A stretch of DNA of 64,000 nt from Candidatus Campbellbacteria bacterium (GCA_045863475.1 BTUR01000004.1:2628-66627); one strand, 5' to 3'; counted from the first letter of the stretch, positions 26,180 through 36,977 are shown. Translations and numbers: made by a program. Notes: generated from the letters alone by a model not told the origin.

Positions 26180-27250
26180 ATGTCAAAAACAACCAAAAAA
26201 GCGACAGGCGCGAAAGGACGGACCGCAACGGTTTCGTTCAACGCAAAACAGGTCAATAAGCGCTTGATGAGCGCTCTTTCTGAGCGTGCACGCGACGTTT
26301 TGACGAAGCGCTACGGTCTCGGAGAGAAAACAAAGCGCATGACGCTTGAGGCAATCGGCGAGCAGTACAGCATTACCCGTGAACGCGTTCGTCAGATTGA
26401 GAATTACGCAATCGCATCCATTCGCAAGTCGGATGTCTACGAAAAAGAAACAAAGGCCTTCTCAGAGTTGAAAGAGACACTCATGTTTTACGGTGGCATC
26501 GCATCTGAGCAACACTTTCTCGAACACCTCTCAGCTGATCCGGGACTGCGCAACCATCTGCACTTCATGCTCGTTGTCGGTCACTTTTTTGAAAAGCGAA
26601 AAGAAGACGAACACTTCCATCACCGCTGGCACACAGACTCCGCAACTGCGCAGAAAGTTGAGGATGCACTCCACAAGCTCTACGGCTCGCTTTCATACGA
26701 AGACCTTGTCTCTGAACAAGACATTATTTCGACGTTCCTCAACCTTTTCAAAGATATTACCGACGAGTACCGCAATGACGAGATTGCGCGCCGCTGGCTC
26801 TCACTCTCGAAGGTCATTGGAGTGAACCCACTGGGTGAGTGGGGACACGCCGCATCACCGAATGTGACGCCGAAGGGTGTCCGCGACTACGCATACCTCG
26901 CTATTCGAAACCACGGATCACCACTGCACTTCTCGGAAGTCAGCAAGCGCATCAACGAGCTGTTTGATAAGAAGGCACACGGTGCAACGGTGCACAACGA
27001 ACTCATCAAAGACAAGCGTTTCGTGCTTGTCGGACGCGGTCTCTACGCGCTTACTGAGTGGGGGTACGTTGAGGGAGTTGTACGCGATGTCATCAAGAAG
27101 ATTCTCAAAGAACACGACGCACTCTCACGCGAGCAAATAATTGATAAGGTGCTCAAAGAACGTTACGTCAAACCCAACACAATTGTCGTCAACCTCCAGG
27201 ATGCGAAGCACTTCGTGCGCAACCAGGACGGTACCTATTCTCTGGTCTAA
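26180..27250 (+). CDS. sigma-70 region-4 HTH domain protein with a C-terminal winged-helix-like domain
   Basis: LTKRYGLGEKTKRMTLEAIGEQYSITRERVRQIENYAIASIRK is a typical sigma-70 region 4 segment. The rest has no assignable domain. Confidence 0.55.
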   Translation: MSKTTKKATGAKGRTATVSFNAKQVNKRLMSALSERARDVLTKRYGLGEKTKRMTLEAIGEQYSITRERVRQIENYAIASIRKSDVYEKETKAFSELKETLMFYGGIASEQHFLEHLSADPGLRNHLHFMLVVGHFFEKRKEDEHFHHRWHTDSATAQKVEDALHKLYGSLSYEDLVSEQDIISTFLNLFKDITDEYRNDEIARRWLSLSKVIGVNPLGEWGHAASPNVTPKGVRDYAYLAIRNHGSPLHFSEVSKRINELFDKKAHGATVHNELIKDKRFVLVGRGLYALTEWGYVEGVVRDVIKKILKEHDALSREQIIDKVLKERYVKPNTIVVNLQDAKHFVRNQDGTYSLV

Positions 27251-27258
27251 CACAACGC

Positions 27259-27290
27259 ACAACAACGCCCCGCTCACGCGGGGCGTTGTG
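27259..27290. terminator. GC hairpin acaacgccccgc-tcac-gcggggcgttgt after the 26180 gene
   Basis: Perfect 12-bp stem read from the sequence; the trailing T-run is weak. Confidence 0.4.
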
Positions 27291-27304
27291 CTATCATACA
27301 AACC

Positions 27305-28600
27305 ATGAGCGAGTTGTTTCGGTCAATCATCGATGCAGTCGGCCCGGTGTGGCGCTTCATAGTCATCGTTTTTACCTACGCGCCTGTCTGGATGCCGGTA
27401 CTCCTGGTATTTGCCGGCTGGAAATCGTGGATGCGGTACCGCCGAACGCTCTTTTTGTCAAAAAAAGAACCGGCGCTTCTGGAAGTGCGTGTTCCGAAAG
27501 AGGTGAACAAATCACCGTTTGCGATGGAGATGGTGCTCAATGCACTCTATGCTCCTGGCGGAGAGGGAACTTGGAAAGAAAAATATTGGCAAGGCGGCGT
27601 CCGTCCGTGGTTTTCACTTGAGCTTGTATCTATTGAGGGGCAGGTGCGTTTTTTCATCTGGACATGGAAGGATAGCGTAAAGTCCATTCAAAACAGCATC
27701 TACGCGCAGTACCCGACGACCGAGGTGTTTGAGGTGCCGGACTATACACTCGCGTTTCTTTACGACCCGGATAAGGCGGATATATCGGCGGCAGAATTTA
27801 TTCTCAGCAAACCCGACCCGTATCCGATTAAAACGTACGTTGACTACAAACTTGATAAAGACCCAAAGGAGGAGTTTAAGGTAGATCCGATTGCGCCAGC
27901 GCTTGAGTATCTCGGTGGCCTCGGGAAAGGTGAGCAAGTGTGGATACAGATTTTGGTGCGTGCGCACAAGAAGGAAGATTCAAAGGGCGGGTCGTTGTTC
28001 GGCATCATCAAGTCGGTGGAAGACCTCTTTGACATCAACAAGAAAGTGAAGGAACACTTTGAAAAGACCGACAAGTGGAAGGATGATGTGAAAACTGAGA
28101 TCGACAGCATCATTAAGAAGCGCAAGATACAAAGCGGTAAGGATGAGGAGTTTGGCATGGTGCAGCTCACAACGCAGGAAAAAGACACAATAGAAGCACT
28201 TGAGCGCAGTGTTACAAAACTGCCGTTTGACGTCGGTATTCGCACGGTCTACCTCGCTGAGAAAGATTATTTCAATAAAGGAAACAAAGGAGCACTTAAC
28301 GGTGTATTTGCGCAGTACAACACCCAGCACCTCAACGGTTTCAAGAAAGTGAACGGTACGAGCTTTGACTACGACATTCAGGATCCGTTTGGCTGGCGTG
28401 TTGCGCGTATGAAGCGCGACATGTTTGAAGCGTACCGTTTGCGCAGTTACTTCCACCCGCCGTTTAAGAAAAAACACTTTGTGCTCAACTCGGAAGAATT
28501 GGCGACGATTTACCACTTCCCGGGAGGATCCGTGGCAACGCCAACCTTCGGACGCATCGAGTCGCAAAAGGCAGAACCTCCGATGAATCTGCCGGTCTAG
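27305..28600 (+). CDS. hypothetical membrane-anchored protein (two N-terminal TM helices, large soluble domain)
   Basis: Long ORF with a hydrophobic N-terminus. No known motif recognised. Confidence 0.5.
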   Translation: MSELFRSIIDAVGPVWRFIVIVFTYAPVWMPVLLVFAGWKSWMRYRRTLFLSKKEPALLEVRVPKEVNKSPFAMEMVLNALYAPGGEGTWKEKYWQGGVRPWFSLELVSIEGQVRFFIWTWKDSVKSIQNSIYAQYPTTEVFEVPDYTLAFLYDPDKADISAAEFILSKPDPYPIKTYVDYKLDKDPKEEFKVDPIAPALEYLGGLGKGEQVWIQILVRAHKKEDSKGGSLFGIIKSVEDLFDINKKVKEHFEKTDKWKDDVKTEIDSIIKKRKIQSGKDEEFGMVQLTTQEKDTIEALERSVTKLPFDVGIRTVYLAEKDYFNKGNKGALNGVFAQYNTQHLNGFKKVNGTSFDYDIQDPFGWRVARMKRDMFEAYRLRSYFHPPFKKKHFVLNSEELATIYHFPGGSVATPTFGRIESQKAEPPMNLPV

Positions 28601-28601
28601 T

Positions 28602-29534
28602 ATGCGCCGTCGGCACCTTCTTTTTGCGGCCCTCTCCGCACTTATACTCTTTATCACACTGCTTCACACGCCGCGTGATTTTGCCTCCCCGACACTTTCA
28701 ACTGTCGCAAAAGGCGCCTCATTTTCTGAGATTGCGCAGCAACTGGAAGTAGAAAATGTTATCACGTCGCCGTTGTTACTACGTGTGCTTGTCACGCTGT
28801 TTGGAGGAACCACGTCAGTGCAAGCTGGCGACTATTTGTTTGAAAAACAACAAGGCACACTGCGTGTCGCATGGCGCCTGACACATGGCGCGTTCGGACT
28901 CGCATCGGTCCGCGTCGTGTTACCGGAGGGGCTCACGGTTGTGCAAATGGGGGAGACGGTGCGGGAGGCGCTGCCGCATTTTGATACGGAAAAATTTGAG
29001 CGGCTTGCATCCGGTCGCGAAGGATACCTTTTCCCCGACACGTATTTCTTTATGGTGAATGCAACGCCTGAGACGGTTGTTGACGTGCTCACGATGCGTT
29101 TTGATGCGGTGTTGGAAGAACTCTCCGGTGAACTCGCATCATCTTCCCGAAGTATTCCTGACGTTGTGACGATGGCGTCAATTCTTGAGGAGGAAGCAAA
29201 AACACCCGAAGACAAACGGATTGTCGCGGGGATCTTGTGGAAGCGCATCGATATCGGCATGGCACTGCAGGTTGATGCGACATTCAAGTACACACTGGGC
29301 AAAGCGTCGCATGAGCTTACTGCCGACGATCTTGCGACCGATACCCCGTACAACACGTACACGCGCACCGGTTTGCCGCCCACGCCGATATCAAATCCCG
29401 GGCTTGAATCACTCCGCGCGGCGCTTGACCCCACTGCAACGGAGTACTTTTACTACCTGACAGGAAACGATGGACGCATGTACTACGCGGAGGATTTTGA
29501 AGGGCATAAGCAAAACAAGGCAAAACATCTCTAG
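28602..29534 (+). CDS. mltG: endolytic murein transglycosylase MltG (YceG family)
   Basis: N-terminal TM helix, then the YceG hallmark ...DTPYNTYTRTGLPPTPISNPGLESLRAALDP...YFYYL. Confidence 0.8.
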   Translation: MRRRHLLFAALSALILFITLLHTPRDFASPTLSTVAKGASFSEIAQQLEVENVITSPLLLRVLVTLFGGTTSVQAGDYLFEKQQGTLRVAWRLTHGAFGLASVRVVLPEGLTVVQMGETVREALPHFDTEKFERLASGREGYLFPDTYFFMVNATPETVVDVLTMRFDAVLEELSGELASSSRSIPDVVTMASILEEEAKTPEDKRIVAGILWKRIDIGMALQVDATFKYTLGKASHELTADDLATDTPYNTYTRTGLPPTPISNPGLESLRAALDPTATEYFYYLTGNDGRMYYAEDFEGHKQNKAKHL

Positions 29535-29537
29535 GTT

Positions 29538-30188
29538 TTGCTGTGCTATAATCGACCTGCTATGGTCATTACCTACAACACGCTTGAGTCGTTTCGGGTG
29601 CAGTTCGGCGATATGACGCTTTCGTTTAACCCCGTTTCTAAAAAGTCAAAACTGTCGGTGTCATCGTTCGGTGCCGATATTGTGCTCTCAACCATCAACC
29701 ACCCCGACTGCAACGGTATGGAAACCGCCGCGCGCGGCGACAAGCAGCCGCTTGCGATCACCGGTCCTGGCGAGTATGAACTCGACGGCGTCGTTATCCG
29801 CGGGTATGCAAGCAAAAGTCTGTACGGAGGGAAAGAGCGTATCAACACGGTGTACGTCGTAACGCTTGAAGACATGAAACTCTGTTTTTGTGGCGCACTA
29901 TCTGATGCAAATCTTTCACCCGAGCTGTTTGAAGCACTCGATGACATTGATATCCTCTTTGTCCCGGTGGGCGGGGACGGCGTCCTAGACGCAAAGGCGG
30001 CGCACAAGCTTTCAGTCTCACTAGAGCCCAATATCGTCATTCCGATGCACTACACTCCCGAGACGCTGAAGGCGTTTTTGAAAGAAGAAGGAGAGGGTTC
30101 CGTGTCGCCGCAAGACAAAGCGACACTGCGCAAAAAAGAAGTGCTTGAAAAGGAGGGAGAGGTCATCGTACTCTCGCCTCAGGCATAA
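29538..30188 (+). CDS. MBL-fold metal-dependent hydrolase (UPF0173-like)
   Basis: Pattern ...ILFVPVGGDGVLDAKAAHKL...IVIPMHY and overall length typical of the small MBL-fold hydrolase family. Confidence 0.6.
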   Translation: MLCYNRPAMVITYNTLESFRVQFGDMTLSFNPVSKKSKLSVSSFGADIVLSTINHPDCNGMETAARGDKQPLAITGPGEYELDGVVIRGYASKSLYGGKERINTVYVVTLEDMKLCFCGALSDANLSPELFEALDDIDILFVPVGGDGVLDAKAAHKLSVSLEPNIVIPMHYTPETLKAFLKEEGEGSVSPQDKATLRKKEVLEKEGEVIVLSPQA

Positions 30189-30194
30189 ACAACA

Positions 30195-30434
30195 ATGTTT
30201 GCACTCATCAACCGGCTGCGACAAAAACCGGAAGCACAACGCAGGGCAATCGCACTGTCGACTGCACTTATAGCAACCGCGTGCATCTTTGTCCTCTGGC
30301 TCGTGTACTTCTTTGTTCGTCTGGACGACGAGGCTGCAACGGCAACAAGACGTGATGTGGAGGAGGTTTCTCCGGTGCAAAGTCTCTCGGAGCTCGTCTC
30401 CTCGTTTTTCAGCGGTTTTAAGGACCGTTTTTGA
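30195..30434 (+). CDS. small membrane protein (79 aa)
   Basis: A single TM helix (IALSTALIATACIFVLWLVYFFV). Confidence 0.35.
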   Translation: MFALINRLRQKPEAQRRAIALSTALIATACIFVLWLVYFFVRLDDEAATATRRDVEEVSPVQSLSELVSSFFSGFKDRF

Positions 30435-30496
30435 CCCCTAAAAGTGGAAAAACGCCTTGATTTACAGGCGTTTTTGGTATATACTGTATCTGAACT

Positions 30497-32959
30497 ATGG
30501 CCGTAAAAACACCATCAGAAGAGCCGAAAAAAGACGTCGAGCGCGTGAGTATCGTACCGCGCAGCGTCACCACGGAGATGAAAGAGTCGTACCTCGACTA
30601 TGCGATGTCCGTTATTACGGCGCGCGCGCTTCCTGATGTTCGTGACGGTCTCAAGCCGGTGCACCGCAGAATTTTGTACGCAATGTACAAGATGCACCTG
30701 TTGCCCACGGCAAAGGCGAAGAAGTCAGCGTCAGTGGTCGGTGAGGTGCTCGGTAAGTACCACCCGCATGGCGATGCGTCCGTGTATGACGCGATGGTAA
30801 ACATGGCACAGCCGTTTTCGTACCGCTATCCGCTTGTACTCGGACAAGGTAACTTCGGTTCCATCGACGGTGACCCGCCGGCGGCGATGCGATACACCGA
30901 GGCCCGCATGTCGCGCGTCGCGTTTGAAATGATGCGTGACCTGGAGAAAGAGACGGTCAGCTGGCGTCCGAACTACGACGGTGCACACAAAGAGCCGACG
31001 GTTCTGCCCGCGCTGCTCCCGAATATTTTACTTAACGGAACACTCGGTATTGCCGTGGGTATGGCGACGAATATTCCGCCGCACAACTTACGTGAAGTTG
31101 TTGCTGCAACGGAACACCTTATTGATAACCCGGATGCGACGACGGACGATCTCCTGGAGTTCATCAAAGGTCCCGACTTTCCGACCGGCGGCATAATTTA
31201 TAATGCAAAAGACATCAAGCACGCGTATGCAACCGGCAAGGGTGGCATTGTCACGCGCGGTGACGCGGAGATTGTTGAAGGGAAGAAGGGACAGTTCCAC
31301 ATCATCATCACCTCCATTCCGTACCGCGTGAACAAGTCGGACCTCATCGTCAAAATTGCCGACTTGGTGCACGAGAAGAAAATTGACGGTATCCGCGACA
31401 TCCGCGACGAGTCGACAAAAGACATCCGCGTCGTTATTGATTTGAAAACCGGCGCGTTCCCGGAAAAAGTTCTTAACTATCTCTACAAACACACACAACT
31501 GGAAGACACATTCCATCTCAATGTGGTGTGCCTCGTTGATGGTGTGCCGCAGACACTGTCGCTGAAGTCAATTCTCGAGGAGTTCGTCAAACACCGCCTC
31601 ACTGTCGTGCGGCTCCGCACGGAATACGATTTGCGCGAAGCACAGGCTCGCGAACACATTTTGCTCGGACTTTCCAAAGCACTCGATCACATCGATGAGG
31701 TCATCAAGGTCATCAAGAAATCCAAGGACACGAATGATGCGAAGACCTCTTTGATGCAGAAATTCAAATTCTCAGAGATACAGGCACTTGCCATTCTGGA
31801 CATGAAGCTCCAGAAGCTTGCAGGACTTGAGCGCAAGAAAATCGAAGATGAACTCAATGAAGTACAAAAGCGCATCGCGGAGTTCCAAACACTCCTTAAG
31901 AGCGAGCGAAAGATGCGCGACGTCATCAAAGGTGAGCTTGTTGAGGCGGGACAGAAACACGGTGATGATCGCAGAACACGTGTCTCACGCGGCGGTATTA
32001 CGGCGTTCTCAGCGGAAGACCTCATTCCGAACGAAGAAAACGTCGTCGTCTTTACACAGGGTGGCTACATCAAGCGCACAAATCCGTCGGAGTATCGGGC
32101 GCAGAAGCGCGGCGGTGTCGGCGTGATTGATCTCAATACCAAAGAAGAAGATTTTGTGACAATGGTTGTTGGTGCACACACGCACGATGACCTGCTGTTC
32201 TTCACGGACCGTGGCAAGGTGTACCAAATCAAGATGTACGAGCTTCCGGAGGGCAAGCGCGCAACGAAGGGTAAGTCCATCATGAACTTCCTCCAGTTGT
32301 CAGACGATGAACACGTGACGTCTATTTTGCCTCTGTCCGCCGAGACGAAGAAATCCGCCTCCGGTGTCATGATGGTGACGCGTCAAGGTGTTGTGAAAAA
32401 AGTGAAGGCGGAAAGCTTCATGGATGTGCGCCGCTCCGGCATCATCGCCATCAAACTTGAAAAGGGCGACGAGCTCATTACCACGAACACCGTGTCTTCA
32501 GGCGACGAGATACTACTTGTCACGAAGAAGGGGCAGTCTATTCGGTTCAAAGAAAGTGATGCGCGTCCTATGGGCCGCGCGGCGGGAGGTGTTCGCGCCA
32601 TCCGATTGGGAGGAAAAGATGTCGTCGTCGGCAGTAATGTTGTGACAAAGAAGGACGAGTCAGCGCTTCTTATCCTGCTTTCCAACGGGTACGGCAAGCG
32701 AACGCAGGTTTCTGAGTACAAAGTGCAGAAGCGCGGTGGTGGCGGCGTTAAAACTGCGAACGTAACGACAAAGACCGGGGATGTCATGGCGTCACAGGTG
32801 GTGACGGATGAAAGCGGCGAGCTCGTCGTCATCTCGCAGAAAGGCCAGGTCATCCGTGTTGCACTCAAGGAAATCCCGATGCTCGGCCGCGTCACACAGG
32901 GCGTGCGCATCATGAAAATGCGGGAAGGCGACTCCATCGCTTCGTTTGTTTGCCTCTAA
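30497..32959 (+). CDS. gyrA: DNA gyrase subunit A
   Basis: [22 protein letters not shown], the active-site Tyr region (AMRYTEARM), and C-terminal beta-pinwheel repeats. Confidence 0.92.
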   Translation: MAVKTPSEEPKKDVERVSIVPRSVTTEMKESYLDYAMSVITARALPDVRDGLKPVHRRILYAMYKMHLLPTAKAKKSASVVGEVLGKYHPHGDASVYDAMVNMAQPFSYRYPLVLGQGNFGSIDGDPPAAMRYTEARMSRVAFEMMRDLEKETVSWRPNYDGAHKEPTVLPALLPNILLNGTLGIAVGMATNIPPHNLREVVAATEHLIDNPDATTDDLLEFIKGPDFPTGGIIYNAKDIKHAYATGKGGIVTRGDAEIVEGKKGQFHIIITSIPYRVNKSDLIVKIADLVHEKKIDGIRDIRDESTKDIRVVIDLKTGAFPEKVLNYLYKHTQLEDTFHLNVVCLVDGVPQTLSLKSILEEFVKHRLTVVRLRTEYDLREAQAREHILLGLSKALDHIDEVIKVIKKSKDTNDAKTSLMQKFKFSEIQALAILDMKLQKLAGLERKKIEDELNEVQKRIAEFQTLLKSERKMRDVIKGELVEAGQKHGDDRRTRVSRGGITAFSAEDLIPNEENVVVFTQGGYIKRTNPSEYRAQKRGGVGVIDLNTKEEDFVTMVVGAHTHDDLLFFTDRGKVYQIKMYELPEGKRATKGKSIMNFLQLSDDEHVTSILPLSAETKKSASGVMMVTRQGVVKKVKAESFMDVRRSGIIAIKLEKGDELITTNTVSSGDEILLVTKKGQSIRFKESDARPMGRAAGGVRAIRLGGKDVVVGSNVVTKKDESALLILLSNGYGKRTQVSEYKVQKRGGGGVKTANVTTKTGDVMASQVVTDESGELVVISQKGQVIRVALKEIPMLGRVTQGVRIMKMREGDSIASFVCL

Positions 32960-33024
32960 TCGCCGGCTTCGTTGTCCGACAGTCCCTTTGGCACCCGAGA
33001 GCGGGTGCTTTATACTTTTCCTAT

Positions 33025-33555
33025 ATGTTTCTCCGTCCTGAAGATGTCATAGAGCGATTCCAGCTCGGGGAGGGAATGACGGTCGCGGACCTCGGTGTCG
33101 GCACCGGTGTGTATACGCTTGCGGCCGCAGAAGCTGTCGGCGAGCACGGTGTCGTGTACGGCTGCGATATCCAAAAAGAATTGCTCAGCAAAGTGTCTGC
33201 TGAGGCACAAAAACGCGGGCTCAAGAACCTGCATGTTATCTGGGCCGACCTGGAGGAAGAACGCGGCTCAACGCTTGCAGACGCGTCTGTTGATGCGGTC
33301 ACGGCGACAAATATCCTGTTTCAGATAGAGCATAAAGAGCGTTTTATGAAGGAGGTAAGCCGAATTCTGCGTCCGGGCGGCAAGGTGCTCATTGTTGACT
33401 GGAGTGATTCAGTCGGAGGCATGGGTCCGCACGCAGGCTCGGTGGTTCGCAGAAGCGTTGCACAATCGCTTGCGGAAGGTGTCGGTCTGCAGTTCCAGAA
33501 AGACGTGGACGCCGGTTCGCACCACTACGGCATGGTATTTAGAAAACCAAAATAG
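33025..33555 (+). CDS. class I SAM-dependent methyltransferase
   Basis: SAM-binding motif I VADLGVGTGVYTL and motif post-I VYGCDIQ. ATG at 33025; the ORF-track start at 32950 is further upstream. Confidence 0.7.
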   Translation: MFLRPEDVIERFQLGEGMTVADLGVGTGVYTLAAAEAVGEHGVVYGCDIQKELLSKVSAEAQKRGLKNLHVIWADLEEERGSTLADASVDAVTATNILFQIEHKERFMKEVSRILRPGGKVLIVDWSDSVGGMGPHAGSVVRRSVAQSLAEGVGLQFQKDVDAGSHHYGMVFRKPK

Positions 33556-33564
33556 AGAGCATGA

Positions 33565-33683
33565 ATCCCGTTAGAGGCTCTCGGTTGAGAGTGATTTTTT
33601 AATAAGAATGCGTCATACTGTGCGTGATAACCTTACTCATGATAACCACGAAAATGTTCGGCATTTTCTTTCTCTAACGGGAT
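33565..33683. repeat. MITE-like element, copy 2 (atcccgttagag ... ctctaacgggat) immediately upstream of, and overlapping, the 33682 start codon
   Basis: The same 10-12-bp inverted-repeat termini as copy 1 at 3395-3504, with a roughly 95-bp AT-rich core. Confidence 0.45.
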
Positions 33684-34980
33684 GAAAACATTTCAAACGA
33701 TACTACTGGCGGTCTTTGGATTCTTCATTGTTGCGGGCGTCATTGCGATTGCCTCGTTTGGGAAGTTCGGCGGCGGGGATGGCGACACCGTTCCGGCGGA
33801 AGGCGTTGTGTGGGGGACGCTTGATCAAAATCTTTTTCTGAACGCGGTTAACTTGTATAACGAAGACCACGACAACACGCTGAAAATTTTATACAAACAA
33901 TTTTCAGAAGACACATTCGACGAAGAACTCACGAGCGCACTTGCGGAGGGACGCGGACCGGACATGGTGATTATCACGAATGAGCGTTTGCTCCAGCACC
34001 AACAGAAACTGTACCCGGTGCCGTACGAATCACTCCCTGAACGGGGCTTTCGTGATACCTACGCACAGGGCGCGGAAATTTTCCTCGGGGCGCAGGGTGT
34101 ATATGCACTGCCGCTGTTTGCCGATCCGATGGTCATGTACTGGAATCGGATACTGTTTAACGCGGAAGGTATCGCACGTCCGCCGAAGCTTTGGGAAGAG
34201 GTGACGGCACTTGTTCCGCAGCTTACGAAGTCAGACTCGGCGTTTAACATCACACAGAGTGCAATTGCACTCGGTGAGCATCGCAATGTGACTCACGCAA
34301 AAGAAATTCTTGCGACGATGATTATGCAGGCAGGCAATCCGATTGTCGTGCGCGATGGGGACAAGTATCAAAGCATTCTCTCGGATCGGCTTGATCTTCC
34401 GGAGACGCCGGCGGACGCCGCGACGCGTTTCTTCACGGAGTTTGCGAACCCGGTGAAACCGTCGTACTCATGGAACCGCGCGCTGCCGGACGCAAAGGAA
34501 TCATTCATTCGCGGCGATGTTGCGATGTACCTCGGGTTTGCCAGCGAGTTGTTTGATATCCAGGATCAAAATCCGAACCTCAATTTTGACGTAACCCGCA
34601 TGCCGCAGGTTCGTGATGCGGTTGATAAGACCACCTTCGGCAAAATCTACGGCGTCGCCATTCTCAACCAGTCCCGTATAAAGCCCAACGCGTTTTCTGC
34701 TGCGGTACTGCTCTCAGGGGCTGATATGGCACCTCTGTGGGTGAATGCATTCTCGCTCCCGCCGGTTCGCCGCTCCATGCTCGCTCAGCTGCCGACGGAC
34801 CCGTATATGGCGGTGTTCTACCAGGATTCGCTTATTGCGCGTGGTTTCTATGATGCCGACCCGGGTCAAACGGATGAGGTATTCCGCCAGCTTATAGAGG
34901 ATGTGACGTCAGGGCGTCTTTCTACCTCACTGGCAATATTGCAGGCGGACGGCCGTATGGACGCCTTACTGGCGAGGTAG
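33682..34980 (+). CDS. membrane-anchored extracellular solute-binding protein (ABC transporter substrate-binding-like)
   Basis: N-terminal TM anchor. Size and composition resemble family-1 SBPs. No catalytic motif. Confidence 0.5.
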   Translation: MKTFQTILLAVFGFFIVAGVIAIASFGKFGGGDGDTVPAEGVVWGTLDQNLFLNAVNLYNEDHDNTLKILYKQFSEDTFDEELTSALAEGRGPDMVIITNERLLQHQQKLYPVPYESLPERGFRDTYAQGAEIFLGAQGVYALPLFADPMVMYWNRILFNAEGIARPPKLWEEVTALVPQLTKSDSAFNITQSAIALGEHRNVTHAKEILATMIMQAGNPIVVRDGDKYQSILSDRLDLPETPADAATRFFTEFANPVKPSYSWNRALPDAKESFIRGDVAMYLGFASELFDIQDQNPNLNFDVTRMPQVRDAVDKTTFGKIYGVAILNQSRIKPNAFSAAVLLSGADMAPLWVNAFSLPPVRRSMLAQLPTDPYMAVFYQDSLIARGFYDADPGQTDEVFRQLIEDVTSGRLSTSLAILQADGRMDALLAR

Positions 34981-35021
34981 GTGGGGATAACTTTTCCTCT
35001 CTGCGGGCGTACAATAGGCGC

Positions 35022-35408
35022 ATGGATTGGAATCTGGTCAAGCGTGTAAGCGCGTATACATTGGTTTTTTTGATTATGGCATCACCGCTCTTAGTGCTTG
35101 CTCAAGGCGGCGGGCTGGTGCCATGCGGTGAAAAGGGGGACCCGTGTACATTCAATGACATCATCGCCCTCGTTAACACGATCATTAACTTTCTCATCAA
35201 GTTTGTTGCGATTCCCATCTCAACAATACTCTTTGCCTGGGCTGGTTTTTTGTATCTGACAGCTGCAGGGAACCCGACTCAGATAGGAAAAGCGACGACT
35301 ATCTTCACAGATGTGTTTATCGGCCTTGCCTTAGCACTTTCTGCATGGTTGGTGGTAAACCTAGTTACGAACGTTCTTACCGGCAAAAATCTCAATGAAT
35401 TCTTTTAA
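35022..35408 (+). CDS. TrbC/VirB2-like pilin family protein, paralog 1 of 6
   Basis: Signal peptide, Gly-rich GGGLVPCG segment, then two hydrophobic helices separated by AGNPTQIGK, as in VirB2 pilins. Confidence 0.55.
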   Translation: MDWNLVKRVSAYTLVFLIMASPLLVLAQGGGLVPCGEKGDPCTFNDIIALVNTIINFLIKFVAIPISTILFAWAGFLYLTAAGNPTQIGKATTIFTDVFIGLALALSAWLVVNLVTNVLTGKNLNEFF

Positions 35409-35805
35409 TTTAACTTTCATGAAAAAAAACTGCTTTAAAAACCTGCTTGCGTATCTGTTTACGTTTTTTCTACCAATCGTCTCACTTGCACAAAATCCCA
35501 GTACTATCAAAAATCCTCTTGAGGGAAAAGGGATCGATGATATCCCGGCGCTCATTACTGTTATCGTCGGTGCGGTGATGACCATCGGTTACTATATCGT
35601 CGTTGTTTTTATTATCTATGCCGGGTTTTTGTTTGTAACTGCGAGAGGAGACGAAAAAAAGTTGGGAGACGCAAAGAAAACGTTTCTCTACACAGTCATC
35701 GGCGCAACGATTCTTTTGGGCGCATCCATCCTTTCCACTGTTATTAAAAACACGGTAACCCAAGTCGGCGGACAACAGTCGTCCATCGTCGAATATCACG
35801 TATGA
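35395..35805 (+). CDS. TrbC/VirB2-like pilin family protein, paralog 2 of 6
   Basis: Shares the helix / xAxGDxxKxxxxK / helix architecture with the neighbouring paralogs. Confidence 0.55.
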   Translation: MNSFNLTFMKKNCFKNLLAYLFTFFLPIVSLAQNPSTIKNPLEGKGIDDIPALITVIVGAVMTIGYYIVVVFIIYAGFLFVTARGDEKKLGDAKKTFLYTVIGATILLGASILSTVIKNTVTQVGGQQSSIVEYHV

Positions 35806-36110
35806 AAAAATATCTAGGTATCCTATCCGCAATGCTCGCCACGCCACTTGTTATGTTTGCGGCAGCCCCGAAGAATCTCGGTGAGCTCATCGGCATCGCA
35901 ACAAGTCTCATCAATCCCATTCTAAGTTTACTGACGGGACTCGCCGTACTTTACTTCGTTTGGGGCATTGTGAAGTACATCAAGAGCGCGGGAGATGCAA
36001 AAGCCGCTGCTGAAGGGAAGAGCATCATGCTGTACGGAATTCTGGGGCTCTTCGTCTTATTTTCGTTCTGGGGTATCGTGCAATTCATTTACACCGATAT
36101 TTTCGGATAA
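35802..36110 (+). CDS. TrbC/VirB2-like pilin family protein, paralog 3 of 6
   Basis: LYFVWGIVKYIKSAGDAKAAAEGKSIMLYGILGLFVLF, the conserved family motif. Confidence 0.55.
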   Translation: MKKYLGILSAMLATPLVMFAAAPKNLGELIGIATSLINPILSLLTGLAVLYFVWGIVKYIKSAGDAKAAAEGKSIMLYGILGLFVLFSFWGIVQFIYTDIFG

Positions 36111-36132
36111 TTAACAATAACTAGTAATACTA

Positions 36133-36510
36133 ATGATTATGAAAAAAGGTCCATGGTTGATTTCAACGGGAACACTTACCCTTTTTACACTTCCGTTTAT
36201 TGCGGCTGCACAGGTGTTGCCTAAAACGAATGTGCTGCTTGGGAGCTTCGGCACGCTTGTTAACATGGCGCTTGGTATAACAGCGACCATCGCGCTTCTC
36301 GTGTTCTTCTGGGGTATCGTGAAGTACATTTCAGCGGCAGGGGACGCGGACAAGGCAAAAGACGGTAAGAGCATTATGCTCTACGGCGCCATTGCACTGT
36401 TTGTGCTGTTCTCAATCTTTGGCATCATCAGGTGGCTGCGCGGTGAATTCGGTGTCCTGGATAACCGCGATATGGGAAGTCCGCAGGTCAATCCGTACGT
36501 GCAACCCTAG
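36133..36510 (+). CDS. TrbC/VirB2-like pilin family protein, paralog 4 of 6
   Basis: LVFFWGIVKYISAAGDADKAKDGKSIMLYGAIALFVLF. Confidence 0.55.
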   Translation: MIMKKGPWLISTGTLTLFTLPFIAAAQVLPKTNVLLGSFGTLVNMALGITATIALLVFFWGIVKYISAAGDADKAKDGKSIMLYGAIALFVLFSIFGIIRWLRGEFGVLDNRDMGSPQVNPYVQP

Positions 36511-36624
36511 TCTTTGGGTTTCCACTCGGATTCTGTTGTGGAAGGGCGAATATTGGTATTATGGATATATGTCCGTACAGGACAGCACTTATTTAGAAAT
36601 TAAACGTTAACACAAGCTAATCGT

Positions 36625-36972
36625 ATGAAAAATTCTTGGAAAGCGCTCGTGGTGCTCGCGGCAGTAACGCCGGCATTCGCGTTCGCACAGCTCGGCAACA
36701 TCGAGAACATCGTTGAAGCCATTGGTAATCTCGTGCGCCTCGCAACACCTATTGTTGTGGGTCTCGCACTCCTCGCGTTCTTCTGGGGGCTGGTCAAGTT
36801 TATCTTCTCTGCAGGTGATGAGGATGCGCGTAAAGACGCAAAGCACCTCATGATCTGGAGCGTTGTTGCGCTGTTCGTCATGATTTCAATTGTCGGTATC
36901 ATCGGCTTCATCGGCAACGCACTTGATATTGACCAGGGAGGTACACTTCCGGTTCCTGAGGTTGAGGACTAA
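36625..36972 (+). CDS. TrbC/VirB2-like pilin family protein, paralog 5 of 6
   Basis: LAFFWGLVKFIFSAGDEDARKDAKHLMIWSVVALFVMI. Confidence 0.55.
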   Translation: MKNSWKALVVLAAVTPAFAFAQLGNIENIVEAIGNLVRLATPIVVGLALLAFFWGLVKFIFSAGDEDARKDAKHLMIWSVVALFVMISIVGIIGFIGNALDIDQGGTLPVPEVED

Positions 36973-36977
36973 GACAC

